The notes beneath the pieces were generated by a model, which worked only from the letters and a program-made list of their open reading frames with translations, was not told the origin of the DNA and searched no databases. A stretch of 63,456 nt of DNA, the filler included, from Sluysia triapertura (taxonomy: Eukaryota): the NCBI GenBank assembly GCA_046118255.1. It is 4 parts of 4 records of this genome, joined end to end, with 100 filler letters (N's around TTAATTAATTAA, not from the genome) between each part and the next. Parts side by side here need not be neighbours in the genome. Positions count along the whole stretch, not along the records: positions 38,401 to 51,193 come from JBJNIA010081812.1; positions 51,294 to 63,456 come from JBJNIA010133400.1; 2 more parts are not named here. One strand, 5' to 3'. Below are positions 50,205-63,456 of the stretch, one piece after another (position 1 is the stretch's first letter; every line of letters begins with the position of its first letter). The position numbers and the translations under genes were made by a program.

Positions 50205-51193
50205 GTTAATGTATCATTCAACTTAATATTAAATTTTCAATGATAACACCAATTATGGTTGCTTTTTAAATTTATATAAAAATAAAACTTAAGACTTACT
50301 GAAACATTTATACAAAATTTTAAATGAATGCTTATTTTATTGCGACTTTACATCAATTTACAGTCTTAACTAATTTAGAAAAAACAATCTTTGGAGTCTA
50401 AAATATTAAAAATAAAAACAAATTACTATTTCCAGCATTAATGTATTTCTGAAATATAAAATAAAAAAGGCACTATTAATTGACTGGCAATACCAATAAT
50501 GGAATCTCAAAATAATAAAATGCACTTACGTTAATAAACCAAGTTAACAGACGCTTAAAACTATAAACACGTTAATTGATATAAGGGCATAGTGTTCCAA
50601 CTCAAAATTCAGATACACATTAGTGGTACAGCTTATTTCAGGATCACGATCGTATTTCATTTAATTTGTAAGTTTTGTTTATACAGCTTTTTTTCCATAT
50701 TTTAAATGCAAAATCCACTTAATATTCATGGCTAGCATAAGACGCTAGTGATAAAATCAATGTAAATTCACCAATCACTTATTATAATTTTTAGAATTGA
50801 GTTTTGCTCTTAAACGTTGTATTGTGTATTTGTGAATAAGGGTTTTGTATTTTATATCATTAGATAAATAGAAAATTTATGAATCTTAAAATTGTTATTG
50901 CTCTTTACATATAAGATATGTCAAAGTTAGATAATTACAAAATTAAGTATTCAGTAATATAATCGAATTATTAATACTTTATTACTCGAAAAAGTAATAT
51001 TGCAAGATAAATTACAGTTATTTCTGATTTGATCAAACAAGTTTAAATTTAGTCATTAGTGATAATTGTGATGGCCGGGTAATATCGCTAATTATTTTAA
51101 AGTTTATACATATAAATTTAAAATTAGAATAAGTGGACTTAAGGTCCTTATTATCACAAAAACATTTTAAATTAAATTTATTAGTTATGATTG

Positions 51194-51293
51194 NNNNNNN
51201 NNNNNNNNNNNNNNNNNNNNNNNNNNNNNNNNNNNNNTTAATTAATTAANNNNNNNNNNNNNNNNNNNNNNNNNNNNNNNNNNNNNNNNNNNN
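51194..51293. other. Assembly gap with linker
   Basis: N-TTAATTAATTAA-N. Confidence 0.98.
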
Positions 51294-51941
51294 ATAAACA
51301 AATGTTTTCTCCGTCGTAAATAGAAAAGAATCACATCTGAACTGATAAAATAATATCATCAGATCCTTCGACATCGAAACTAAATGAAAATAACAGTAAA
51401 TGCTTGTTCTGATGAGTAATTAAAATAATTAACTGCGGAAAATTACTAAAAACATTGATCCAAACATTTGAAGAAGATTTTGTTAGGTTGGCAGGCTGTT
51501 GAAATAATGGTAGTATTCTTAAATTATACGTATTCTCTAATAACATTTTTAGACGGCTTGCTCGTTCAGTCTCTTTACATTATTTTTATCATTGTCATCT
51601 TTGACGTTGTTTTCGGTTTTCAGCGTTTTAGGAACGAACGCCATAATATCAAATTGAACTGCGCCTGCACTAATTTTTAAATGAAATAGCGCATGAAAAC
51701 TGAATCTAAAAACTTGTGGCTGTAAAATTACGTTAAAAAATTTATAATAATTTTATCACCATGAAATTAAAATTAAAATTGTACCTGCTACTAATTTTGG
51801 TAGCGATTCTATATTGTAAGAAAATAGCGACTTCTTACGTAAATTATTAGATAAAAATTTATTCTTATTATTACGTATAACATTATTTATCAGTTCAGAT
51901 GTGATTCTTTTCTATTTACGACGGAGAAAACATTTGTTTAT
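51294..51941. repeat. 56-bp perfect inverted repeat (51294-51349 / 51886-51941) abutting a gap
   Basis: ATAAACAAATGTTTTCTCCGTCG...CTGAACTGATAAA and its exact reverse complement. Confidence 0.9.
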
Positions 51942-53177
51942 AAACATTAAAAATAATCTGTAATACTTCTTTGTTAAAGTTTGAACCATACTTACACAAT
52001 ATTATCGACAATATGGAATAGTTTCTTTAATGTATCTTTCTTTCATTTCATCAATACCAGCAAAAATTAGCAACCAATGTAAAGCCTCCGTAAATATATT
52101 TATTTTCCTAATAATTAAATAAATTAAATAAATACGGAGTCATGAGAGCGGGACGGACTAAAAGAAGAAAGAAGCAGGCCGAAGCAACTTAATTGGCGAA
52201 ATCAGTGTTTACTCGATTATATTGACTGAAATTCGGACGAATTTTGTAAAAAAAACGCGTAATACGTTATTAGGTACATGTTGCAAACTTCCAAATATTT
52301 TAAGGCATTTTTAGATGTGGATTTTATTAAATGAGTTGTATCGATCTACATTTCATTATAATTTTTCTGAACATATTCTATGATATCACGTAGGACTATT
52401 TTTAAATACTGATAACACAATTGATTGTCATACATTTTCGAATACTTGAATACACAGACGCACCTAGTATTAGAATGATTAGAATAATTGATTAGTAAGT
52501 TGTTTAATTCGTGTGATGCTTCTTAAAAATTGGTGTTCCTTTTTGGTGCATGGGCTTCTCGCGATTGGTGTTAGCTGAAATTTTCATGACTTACAGTTGC
52601 CTCGTTTTCTAGCTCAATTGTGATAAAGAGTGGTCTTCAGATATGCATGAATCGGTCTTTTGAATATTTATTGTTTCATCAATACTTTGATAAGTGTTTA
52701 ACGTATATGTTTCGCTGAAATGCGTGTTTTTAGCGTGATAATGAGTTTATTTATCTGAATTTATTACTTTATTAGTATTGCCGAAGTTTATTTCATTTTC
52801 TACAAAAATTGATTATAATTTTTCAACCTTTTGAAGTTTTAGTCTGTGTGTTATGGAATGAATTTGTGGAAAACTGACGTTGTCAAATCGAAAATGGCTG
52901 AATAATTTGAAATATTTTTGTTGATGAAAAGTAGAAGCTGATGTGTGGTGCTGATATTGTAATGAATATAATGCTTTGATTGATGTTGTGACTGAAGCTA
53001 GCATAACATGTTACATTTCTTTTGTGTAATTGGCGCAGGTGTAAAAAAAGAAAGTTGGAGTGAGAAAAGGAGTTATGATAGAGAATTAAGAGAATTATGG
53101 TAGAGTTGAGAGGAATAGAAAGTTCATTTTGATAAACATTGAATTTTTTTATTGAAAAGATTTTGGGTTATTAATAT

Positions 53178-53303
53178 TGTTAGACTTCATAAAATGGACT
53201 GCGCAGTTCGATATTCTACCACTGAGCTACCAGCCCGTCTAACAATTTTATTTTATTATAGTCAATTTTACCAAATGGCACCTTAGGCCCCTTTATCCCA
53301 ACA
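53178..53303 (-). mobile_element. Short solo LTR (family D) containing a tRNA 5'-half
   Basis: TGTT...CAACA ends with flanks ATAT/TTAT. Minus strand reads GGGCTGGTAGCTCAGTGGTAGAAT. Confidence 0.7.
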
Positions 53304-54481
53304 TTATTTAAGAAATAATATAACTAAAAGTGAATTCTGAGCGTATTTATTTCACGATAGTAATATAATAATAAAAATAAGAAAACCGAAATGAATATTT
53401 GTATGATTAAACAATTTATTCAGAATTCACAGCGATATTTAATATTAGTAATACAAAAATAAAAATGAGTAAACTAAAATGAATGTTTTTAAGTACTTAA
53501 GTGTTTAAAATATTAATCCCGCCATTAATTTGACATACCTTTAGATAAAGCAGTTAAAAGTGAAATAAATAATGCTAAGGATGCTATATTTAAAAGAAGT
53601 TTAAATGAATAACTACCAAAAATGATCAACTTTATTTTACATTACATTTTTAATTTTTAACGATTTCAGTTTTATTTAATAGTACATTTTTTTAGTTATC
53701 TTTTATAAGCATCTAACGAACTAGGCATTAAGTGTATAAGCCTAGGATCGCAGGGAACTCACACCACACAATTTTATTAACTCTTTCTTTTATTTAACAC
53801 TGATTTTTTCAGATGCCATGATTATAATATTGTAAAACTCCTATAGCTCTACAATCACTTCAAATTCAATACCTCCGACATTCTATACGTAAACCTTTTC
53901 TTTAACATACACAAAGTTAATAAAAAATAAGTCAAATAGCACTCGACCAAATCATTCCGTATTCTTTAAAGGCAATAAATGAAAGAAGTCATTCTTGACA
54001 CTCCACAAAAGTATTTGTAGGTGATTTGCAAATTTAAATAATATTCCAAGTTTCTTGTGTTTATTGTCTGATATTCGGATAAAGTAATGAAAAATATTGA
54101 TGCTTTTATTAAAATGTGTAGATCTTCCTTAATGACACCGCAAATTTTAAAAAATTTAAAAATAATACAGAAAAAATTGTCATATTTTATAAAAAATTAA
54201 ATAAACAAAATAATGGGTAAATAATAAAATAATTAAGTAAATAATTACAAACAAACAAATAAATGTATTAATGATTTTATAGATATTAGTTTATAAACTA
54301 AAAACGAGAATAAAGAATTATCCTAATTGGTGTACAACAAATTATTGTTTATAGATATTCATTGTTTATCTTGAATAAAATGTCACGTTTTCTATAGTTA
54401 TCGAATTCGTTTTATTTTTATTTTATTTTTTATTTAACTACAAATATTAATATCATTTCAATGCAATAAGCACTAACTTTA

Positions 54482-54482
54482 C

Positions 54483-54545
<63 letters not shown>

Positions 54546-54570
54546 TACTATTATTACTATTATTATTATT
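54482..54570. repeat. (TTA)n/(CTA) microsatellite
   Basis: Direct reading. Confidence 0.95.
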
Positions 54571-55459
54571 GCATCTATAACTTTAAAATATAATTAATGC
54601 AATGCAGTTATTTTCATATTTACTATTTTCTTAATATTTACGATAATTTATTTTCCCTGATTTACTGGCTTAATATAACTTTAATGATAAGTTTTATTTA
54701 AAATAAGTTAAACGTTTATATTTATTTGTTTAATACATTTAAAAAAATTTTCTGTGATCTCAAACTTCATCAATAAACATTTTGTCAATTATATTTGCAA
54801 TAATAACTCAAATTTCGCATAATACAAAGTATTAGTAACGATAATTTTGATAAATACATTTTCAAAAGTTGTTTCGTAATATTTTGAAATTCAATATGTG
54901 TAAGATTGGTTAGGGAAAACGATAAGCTTTAATACTATGATTTTATTACTTTTATAGTTATTATTGTCAATGAATTATTGTTATTAAAATAATGACGAAA
55001 ACCCATCTCTTTTAAATTGATATTTTGAATAATGAAAATTGTTTAACCGTTTTTGTTTTTTTATAAATGGTTTAAGGATTAATTTTTTTAGAATTTGTAA
55101 ACGAAAAATACTAAATTTATTGGATCCCATTTGATGCAACAAGAATATATTATAAATGTGGAGTGAAGAATAGGTAAATTACATTATAGTGAGTATTTGA
55201 TAAGTAAGTTACATTGATATTAAATTTAAGTTGTTACAAGTTGATATTTTAATAAGTTATGATTAAGAAAGTCTTTTAATAAGTTTTTTCAGTTTTACTC
55301 GATTAATTTAATAAGTTTAAGTTGCTTTTCATTTTGTGTTAGATTAAGTAAGTTTATATGAATTTTGATATTGACTTAGAATTTAAAGTTGATTACTATT
55401 TAAGTTTTCACAATAGTTAGTCCAAGTTTAATTGAATTTACTAAGGAAAAGGAATTCCT

Positions 55460-57950
55460 AAAATGACACTACCTATGTCTCAGTTTGCTAAATATATTAG
55501 GCCTGCAATAGGACTCCCAAGAATTAAGAAAATTTAACCGTGCAGGGAATTGTCCCTGCGACTTTCTTTTTGAGTATTGTAGTATTTTAGAGGTAAATGG
55601 ATAGTACGAAGCCGAAACGTATAGAAAATTACTTAACTGGAGTTGCAATCTAAACTTATAAGGAAATTGATAATAGATAATTGAAATTGATAATAGGTTG
55701 TCAACGCTTTTACTGAAGAAGTATCTCTTGGTGATATAGGTAAGTACTTTGCTAAAATGCTTAATATACAAAAGAATAAGGAAACGGTTTACAAATTTGC
55801 ATGCCCATTAAAGTCTTTATTATCTAGAGCTAAAATTCCAGATAATAAAATGTTTTAGTTGATAAATTAAAAAATGGTTTATGCTCAGAGTTAGAGCATA
55901 TGTAAATCTAACTGATAATTTACCTTTTGGGAAATCTCGAGCCGAGAAAAAGGTGAAGATAATTATAAAAACAGAAATTTTAAGAAAATTGAGGTACAAA
56001 TATTTGAACTTAAGAATGCTAATTTTAATGTTGCATATGATAAAAATTTGGATTATGGAGTAAATAGTAATAATGCTGTGAATTCTAGTTTTATAGGAAG
56101 TAATTTTATTTATAGAAGTAATAATTTTAATAGAAAAAATAATTTTAGAACGAATAGTATATTAAGGTATGATAATCCTCATAGAGATGTAAATAATTTT
56201 AATAATAGAGGAGTAAATAATCCGAAAATAAAAAAATTTCGGTCTTAAAAGTAATAATAAAACACGGGCTCTAATAGTTACGAACAGGGACCTTCACCTA
56301 AATGGCCGAATTATGTTGGTGAAAATTTTTATAAATAAATTGTGACAACACTAGGAATAAGAGTCCTGTTAAGTTTAATAAAAATAGTAACTATAAGACT
56401 CAGACGAATATAGAAAGGAATGTATTATGTAATCATGGTGGCAAACAAGGTTACTAAATTAGGAATTGAAAGGAGTTAAGGTCTGAATATTTCAACCAAA
56501 ATCTCACTAAAATGCTAGATTATATGAGAGGGACAAGTTCTGATAGGAAAGTAAGGCTTAATGAAGGTAAAAGCAAGAATAAAGTATAAATAAATTATAA
56601 TAAAATACAAAATGATTACAATAATTGCGGTGAAGGAGTATAAGAAGATCATGATTATTAGAAGAAAACTATACTAAATGGATGGAATATACTAAAAGAC
56701 ATTATAATAAAGATGGATTTATCAAAGAATTTTCAAGAATAAAATTAGATGATGACGACGATGATGAAGAAGAAGATAGATAAAGTAGACAAAAGGAAGA
56801 AGCATTTATAAATTATATGTATGAATATTTTCTTAAGTATTTAAAAAGAAAACAAAAGTTGAAACACAAGAAGCTAGAAAGAGAGGAAAGTACATTCGAA
56901 ACAAATAGTGAAAGACCAAAAGAAACAAGTTGCAGTAATGACGATACAAGTTCGAATGAAAATACCGACACGAATGATTCGAATAACAGTACCGGATTCA
57001 ATACGATACTGAATAAACAACGTGCAAATATCCGAAACCAATTCAATGATTAGTGAAGAGTCGAGTTTAGAAAATGAAAGTGAACCGGAACCAATAATTG
57101 TATTTTTCAACGAAGAGAAGAATATATATACGCCAGAATTATATACAAATAAAGAAATTAATTCATTCCCTTCAGGTTTCATTTTGGATATACTAGACAT
57201 AGAAAACATTGAAAATAATTTAGAAAATTTATATAAGTCAAAGTTAAGTCTTTAAGATGGCCATGAGATTAAGTCTGATTTAGTTGCATTAAGTAGAGAA
57301 GAAAGTTCTCAAGACGTTAAGGCAAGAATGATATCGAATTTAATGGCACTAATGGAGAAACTATATACCAGAAACTTTAGTGAATGTTAAGATATTAATT
57401 AATGATTCAATAAATGTGATTAAAGAAATTCTTGAGTTGATTATCTTTCCCATTCGTTTATAGATAATAATGACAATAATAAATCCAAGAATAATATTAC
57501 TGATACATAGTAGATCTAAATGACAACCCACATGTAGAAACATCGAATAAAAAGCAAATACTCTCGAAAGCAGACCACAAAAAGAAGAATACAATGATAA
57601 ATTAGTAATTCCAAATTTAATTAATAAAATAGATTTAATGAAGATTACTTATGATGGAGATAAAATTGAATTAGATTCAAGAAATTGGTCAAATAAGTTT
57701 GATATTTTTGATGAATATAAAATATTGTTACCAAATAAAGCAACAATTAGAGGAAAATTATAGAGATAATGATATATGTGAGTACGTAGGCATGGGACAA
57801 TATAAGTTAGTAATAGACAAACAGATTAACATCGGCTTAAGTAGAGAGAGAAACTTAAAATTATTCCAGTGTGTTAAAACAAGTCTTCTTACCAAAGAAA
57901 AAATACGTAAAATAATAAATTTTGTATATAAAACTTAAGTTATGGATTGA
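55460..57950 (+). mobile_element. Decayed LTR-retrotransposon gag-like region
   Basis: Chain of broken purine-rich + strand ORFs, an Asn/Arg-rich tract, a decayed CCHC knuckle C-N-H-G-G-K-Q-G-Y-*-I-R-N-* at 56428-56469, then an acidic tract. Confidence 0.55.
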
Positions 57951-59115
57951 CAATCAAAGTGATAAATTAAATTTAATATAAACTTTCAATAGGTTCACAG
58001 ACATATTAGGAAATAATAACCTATTGAATAATATAGTACCTAGATTAGGTAATTCTGTTGTTTATTTATTAAAATAATTAAAGTATTATTAAACTCAAGT
58101 GTATTTTTTAAAATTCAAATTAAATTTTAATCTCAACGAAAAATTTTTACCTTTATCTCAAAAAATAAATAAGTATCAAGTAATATGTTAGTATTATTTC
58201 ACCGTAAAAGATATAAATTTACACGAAACAAAACTAAAAATTCTACAAATGTTACGATCAACAATATGAAATCACAAATAAATAAATTAAATAATTGTCT
58301 AATCTCTTATAAAAATTATTATATAATTATATAATAATTATATATTAGTAATTACAAAAGAAAATGTATTCTGCGTAATATTCTTATTTCACACTTCATC
58401 TTTCTAATAATTACCAAATAAAATAAAATAAAAAACAATAATTCTCAGCTATAAATCACTGATTTCATAAAAGCTTAAAATTCAGATCCATAGATTATAC
58501 AAAATAATTTAATTGATAACATATTAATCCTCATATTTTAGGAAAACACACAAACGTAAATTTCCAAAAACATTCAGTCTATATTTTATAACGCAATAAC
58601 CCACTTAATACGGAGATTTCCAACATAATATACAAAGCTTATTTTAATTCAAACCAAAAGGAATCCCCTAAAATAACTAAAACTTATTTTATAATCCAAG
58701 GGGAATTTCTCCAAAAATGTATACAACTTATTTAAACTGAGAAAATCGAAGTGAGATTTGAGTATTAGACTGATAATAGTAAGCATAGATAATTCAATCG
58801 AAAATAATTGGAATTATTTGCTATTTTATCTTGCATTTATTGTAATTATATTATATTGACTATAATTAAAGTTGTATCATTTAATTTTATTTATTTAGAA
58901 TTTTAATAAAGGAATTAAGGCAGATTTGAAAGAAATAAGGAATCATTAAATTAATAAATTATTTTATATTATAATAAAGAAAATTTTTCGTGATAATTTA
59001 TATTAAATTTTAACAATTATTGAAATTCAGTAAGATTTTAAGTTAAGTTTACCTTGCTCTTAAATTATTGTTATAAATAGTGAAATAAAGACAACAGTAT
59101 TTTTTACTTCAAAAC

Positions 59116-59800
59116 TGAGGTGACCAATCCAATAATTTGAAATTATATTATGATAATACATAACAAAATCACTATTCAAAACATGTCACAACTCTCAATA
59201 CCCCAGAACACAAAATTACAATACACTAAGTTCACTGTTAATACCGAAAATCATCAAAGCTTTACTAAAAAATTAATTCTTAACACTACAAATTTAATCC
59301 AACATACTTTACATAAAATTACATTCAACGACAATTTAACTATTTGTCATCCAAACCTCTTACTTTATTTCTTTCAGATCCATTAAAATCATTTTTTATC
59401 TCAAAACACTCAAGCTCATAAATCTTCAACATCCAAACTGTATCTTCAGTAAAACCATAAAACCATATTTAAAAAGTTCATTAAAACATTTTATTCACGG
59501 TTACGTAACAATACAATCTTAAGGACATTTGTCAACGGCGTTTAGAATATAATAAGACCATCAATATATTTCAATTCTTTCCGATTTTCCAAAATTATTT
59601 TCAATATTTTAAAAACATTTCAATTCACAAGTTTTCATTGTCAAAACCACTCATCTTCAATTAAAAATTCACTTAAAATAATTTATTCTTTATCATATAA
59701 CATTAGAATAAAAATTACATCTATTGTTATCGAAAATGCTTCACAGTAATTATAACATAATAAGCTTACAAAATTCCAACCTTTAACCACTTTAGACATA
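59116..59800 (+). repeat. Probable partial family A LTR copy
   Basis: Starts TGAGGTGACCAATCC, followed by the same type of C/A-rich tract. Confidence 0.35.
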
Positions 59801-59829
59801 GTAAATAAAAATAATTTTATCCAAGAGAT

Positions 59830-60660
59830 TAAGCCAAAAGATGTATGTGTGATGGCCGGATTATATTATTGTGATACATTTTAAAATTAACATTTAAAAA
59901 TTTGAAATTACTTAAAGAGAAATAATAATAAAGACGAATATATTTAATTTTGACGAGACAATTATCATAAGGGTGATGTAAATCATTAATTTTAGTGTCT
60001 TTAAAGTCTCTAATATTGTCAGGCATCTCCAACAGATCTATTTCTTTACATAAAGGACCGTTAGGTTCAAAGTTAAAAAATCATTATCTAACTTTCCTGG
60101 ATAAGTAAATTTTGTTTTAGGACGTTGAGCTATCCGCATACGAGAAGTATGAGCATTTTTATCAACAGTATGTGCATCGACATTAGCATCAAATTTAAAA
60201 ATCTTTACTAACTCTTTCAAACCTCATGAAATCTCTCTCGCCACTTTCAATGTAAACGTCATAACATCCATTTCTCGAACATGATAATTCATCTAAGTTA
60301 AATCTCGCTTTCGTATCAAGAAATACGCAATCAAACATTTCTGTTCTTTGATAGAGTTTTCAAACTAGATTTAATATCATAACATCATCATTATGCTTTA
60401 TTAAATATTGAAACGCTTCCAGATACTTAAGCAGACGTCATTTAAATTCATGGAAAACATAACCAATTTGGTACTCATAAACGCAAAACTTTCTTGCTTC
60501 TTTAACGCAACCGTTGTTATACATTTCATTGCATCTGCTGGCTACAATATTCCACAGTTCTGGCGTTATACTCTTCATCTCACTAAATTAATCCTGAAAA
60601 CTTTGGAACGAGCAATAATCAAAAGTTTTTACTAATTTGATAGATCAATTCGAAAATTTT
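59830..60660 (-). pseudogene. Decayed ORF of unknown (possibly gag-like) origin
   Basis: One minus frame reads ~130 codons with only about 3 stops (KTFDYCSFQSFQD*FSEMKSITPELWNIVASRC...) and continues into short ORFs at 60220-59829. Confidence 0.3.
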
Positions 60661-63363
60661 TAAAAGTTCTTTACTAAAAATTTGTATTAACAAAATTATA
60701 TTTTTTAACTGCAGTCTTTGTTTTTTAAATTTTTATTCTAACTTGCATCAGCTAACAAATTTTCAAACTTGACCTTCAAGGTTAATAATATAGCTTAAAA
60801 ATTTTTGCAATTATTTCTTTATTCTCTATTTTTAGCAACCTTGTAACCATTAAAACAAAAAAACATCATGATTATTATAGTAATACAAATAAGAAATATG
60901 AACACAAGAAAATTGTATAATCAAAAACTAATCTTTCAAATCACAATTATGTTATAAACTTATCTCAACTTTTGACAAATAATAAATATAACCTTCTATT
61001 TAACCTCAGCAAACATATTGCATTATAAGCCTGAATATATTATTGTAAATACATGAATATTGATTCTACAATATAGGGGTAGTTTCTCATAATATACTGA
61101 ATTGTCAAACTGAAGTCACAAATTAAATATGAAATATATGTAACTAATTTGAAATTTATTGATTGGAAATCGACATTATGTATCTATTAATAATGATAAC
61201 ATGTAAACTTGAATTAATATAAAAGAACAATGTTTCGACGAATATTACATTTATTAAAGTTATGAAATTCAGTTCGAAATTCTTATACTTATCTAGTAAG
61301 ATTTTATTAGAATTTGTTCATTTTTAATAGTAATAAGTTTGGTTATTTTAAATTACATTCTCTGTGAATATGCCGCTTATGCTGATGATGAATTGGGATA
61401 TGGCAAGCGTGGACTGAGGGCTTCGATTAATTCGTTTGGGATAATTCCATGTGATTCAATGTAGATATGTGATATAGGAACCATATTTTATCTGCACATA
61501 AATAAGCATTATTTATCTAGTTCAAAAATGAGGTTGTTGCAAAATCGATATTTTTATCGTAAATTAATTAATCTGATAGTACAAAACTAAGTTTTATCTG
61601 ATCAAATCACTCTATCTTGAGACTAAAAATATTCAATGAAATAGTAATCAAAAGGAAATTACATGGCAAAAGTATGGTCGCATAATAATAATGAAAAAAA
61701 ATAATAACAATAATAATAAAAGGAAGGATGTGGAAGTTCACACAATGTTGGTGTAGTTGGGTGGGGCGATGTCGGCGAATATCGTTATTCGATAAATTAC
61801 TGTAATTTAAATATGTTATAATCTATTTAGGTTAAGAGGTATTAGTATAATATGATTAAGATGTGTTATATTTTAGATAAGCATATTAATATGATACCTT
61901 TAAAGTTGATAATGTGTTTAAGGTGTATTATATTTTAAGTATTGGCCTGTGTGAAACATGTGGTAACGTTGTACTATGTATGAAAGATTTGTGGTTGGAT
62001 ATATTGAAGGTTTATGGGTGAGTTGAACACTACAAGGTATAAACTAAACTTAACTTGTAATTAATTTTGGCCCTGGCTTAAGTAGTTATAAAATCAGTTT
62101 AAAATCATTTTGAAGATTCATTAAACCTAAAACATCTAATGAAATAAAGCATTATTGGTATTATATATTAACCTGTAACGCATTTGATTTCGGTTTATTT
62201 ATTGAATTTGTAATTTTTATGAACATAAAAATAATAGCACTTATATTTGTTCGTTTTTCATTTGTAACCTTATTAATTTAATCAAGAGATTCGTCTATAA
62301 TAAATTTCAGAGTTAAAACATATTTTTAGAGTCAATAATAATTAAAAAACGTACCATTTAACTCTTTTGTTTAAACTGTTATCGCAACACTAAGAGTATC
62401 GTAAATACAAAGTGTAACTACGGTTTTGGGTGTATAATAAATAAAGATTAACTCAATTTTAATCTTCGAACAAGACTTAATTTTAATACATAAATTCTAG
62501 GAACATCTTTTGTATATAGGTGTGTTAGTAATAATAAAAACCTAGCAATTAATAACTCTTCTCATCTGCAGACTCAATTTATATTTTATACAACATTAAA
62601 ATGTTATCACAACTTAACCCTTAGTGTCAGTGTGTAATCTCTTGATGGCTCCAGACATACAATTTGTACACTTCAGTAAAATTACCACTAGTTATTTGTA
62701 GTTAAGTGCTTAAGTTAAAACGCATTTATGTGAGAGGACTTTGTGGGATTATATTAGATATTGTTGTAGAACATGAATCCGAGAGAGTAAATCTGTCAAT
62801 AAACGTGGAAGATGAACACAACATACAGGAACTGTAAAAAAATCTGTATGTGAAGTGCAAAGAAAATATATGCAAATTGTTACATGTACAAATTGTTTCT
62901 TAAAATGAACCTTATATGAAAATTTCTTGTATTAATTGTAATTAAAATGTTTAAAAAATTATCTAAATTCATTTACGTTGGTTTTAGTAGCTTGGACATT
63001 TAACGGTTAATTGATTAAATTCCCTTAGTATCCTAACGTTTTTAGATCACCAATTAATACTACTTTGCACACCAGCATTTAATGCATTCATAAACAGATC
63101 ATAAATTATACTTAAATCAAATTCTATGGACAATACTGAATCATAAACATATTTTAACCCACAAAACGCTCAGAAAAATTTGTAATCTTAATCACTGTCA
63201 AAAATTGTCAAATAATTCTTCATACATTAATTAATTACTTCAAAACTTTTTCATTCAATAATTCCATGTGTCTATTCATATGAGATCATGTAAATCTAGA
63301 AATTAATGAAAGTAGATGAAATGGAGGGTGAATTAAAAATATTAATCTTATTTTGCAACAATT

Positions 63364-63444
63364 ACTTTAGCTATTAGCCGCACCTAATAATTTTATTATA
63401 GTCAATACCGTTATTCTGTGGCACTTTAGGCATGTATCCCAACA
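63364..63444 (-). mobile_element. Diverged family D LTR end
   Basis: ...AGCTATTAGCC...CTAATAATTTTATTATAGTCAAT...GGCACTTTAGGC...ATCCCAACA matches 53225-53303. Confidence 0.6.
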
Positions 63445-63456
63445 AAAGCTTGAATT

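Noticed and set aside
61368-61460. AAYADDELGYGKRG, either an RT YADD motif or a neuropeptide G-KR amidation site
   Set aside because: Isolated ~30-codon stretch with no other RT motifs, signal peptide, repeats or clear splice sites.

Overview
Very AT-rich, repeat-laden eukaryotic (animal) genomic DNA with several tiny GT-AG introns (31-38 nt) and four assembly gaps. Three of the gaps are padded with an N-TTAATTAATTAA-N linker. The compact introns and gene content fit a small, derived invertebrate, for example an orthonectid-like spiralian parasite; this is inference only. Host genes: one glutathione synthetase exon (+), the last two exons of a carbonyl reductase (-, absent from the ORF track), the 5' part of COQ2 (-), intronless GAR1 (-) and a 3-exon DDX21/50 helicase (+). 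The headline observation is that COQ2 carries two tandem, homologous, frame-incompatible 134-nt exons. One has the ubiquinone-type Phe/Ala signature; the other has the rhodoquinone-type Leu plus unusual Cys/Gly substitutions. This is the mutually exclusive splicing switch for rhodoquinone-based anaerobic mitochondrial metabolism. The rest is mostly decayed transposons (pogo/Tigger, Tc2-like MITE, two hAT types, LTR gag/pol relics), ERK and TRAF-like pseudogenes, and several LTR-like repeat families. One family has co-varying hairpins; another is a ~130-155 bp LTR containing a tRNA 5' half. All alignments were done by eye; no database searches were run.
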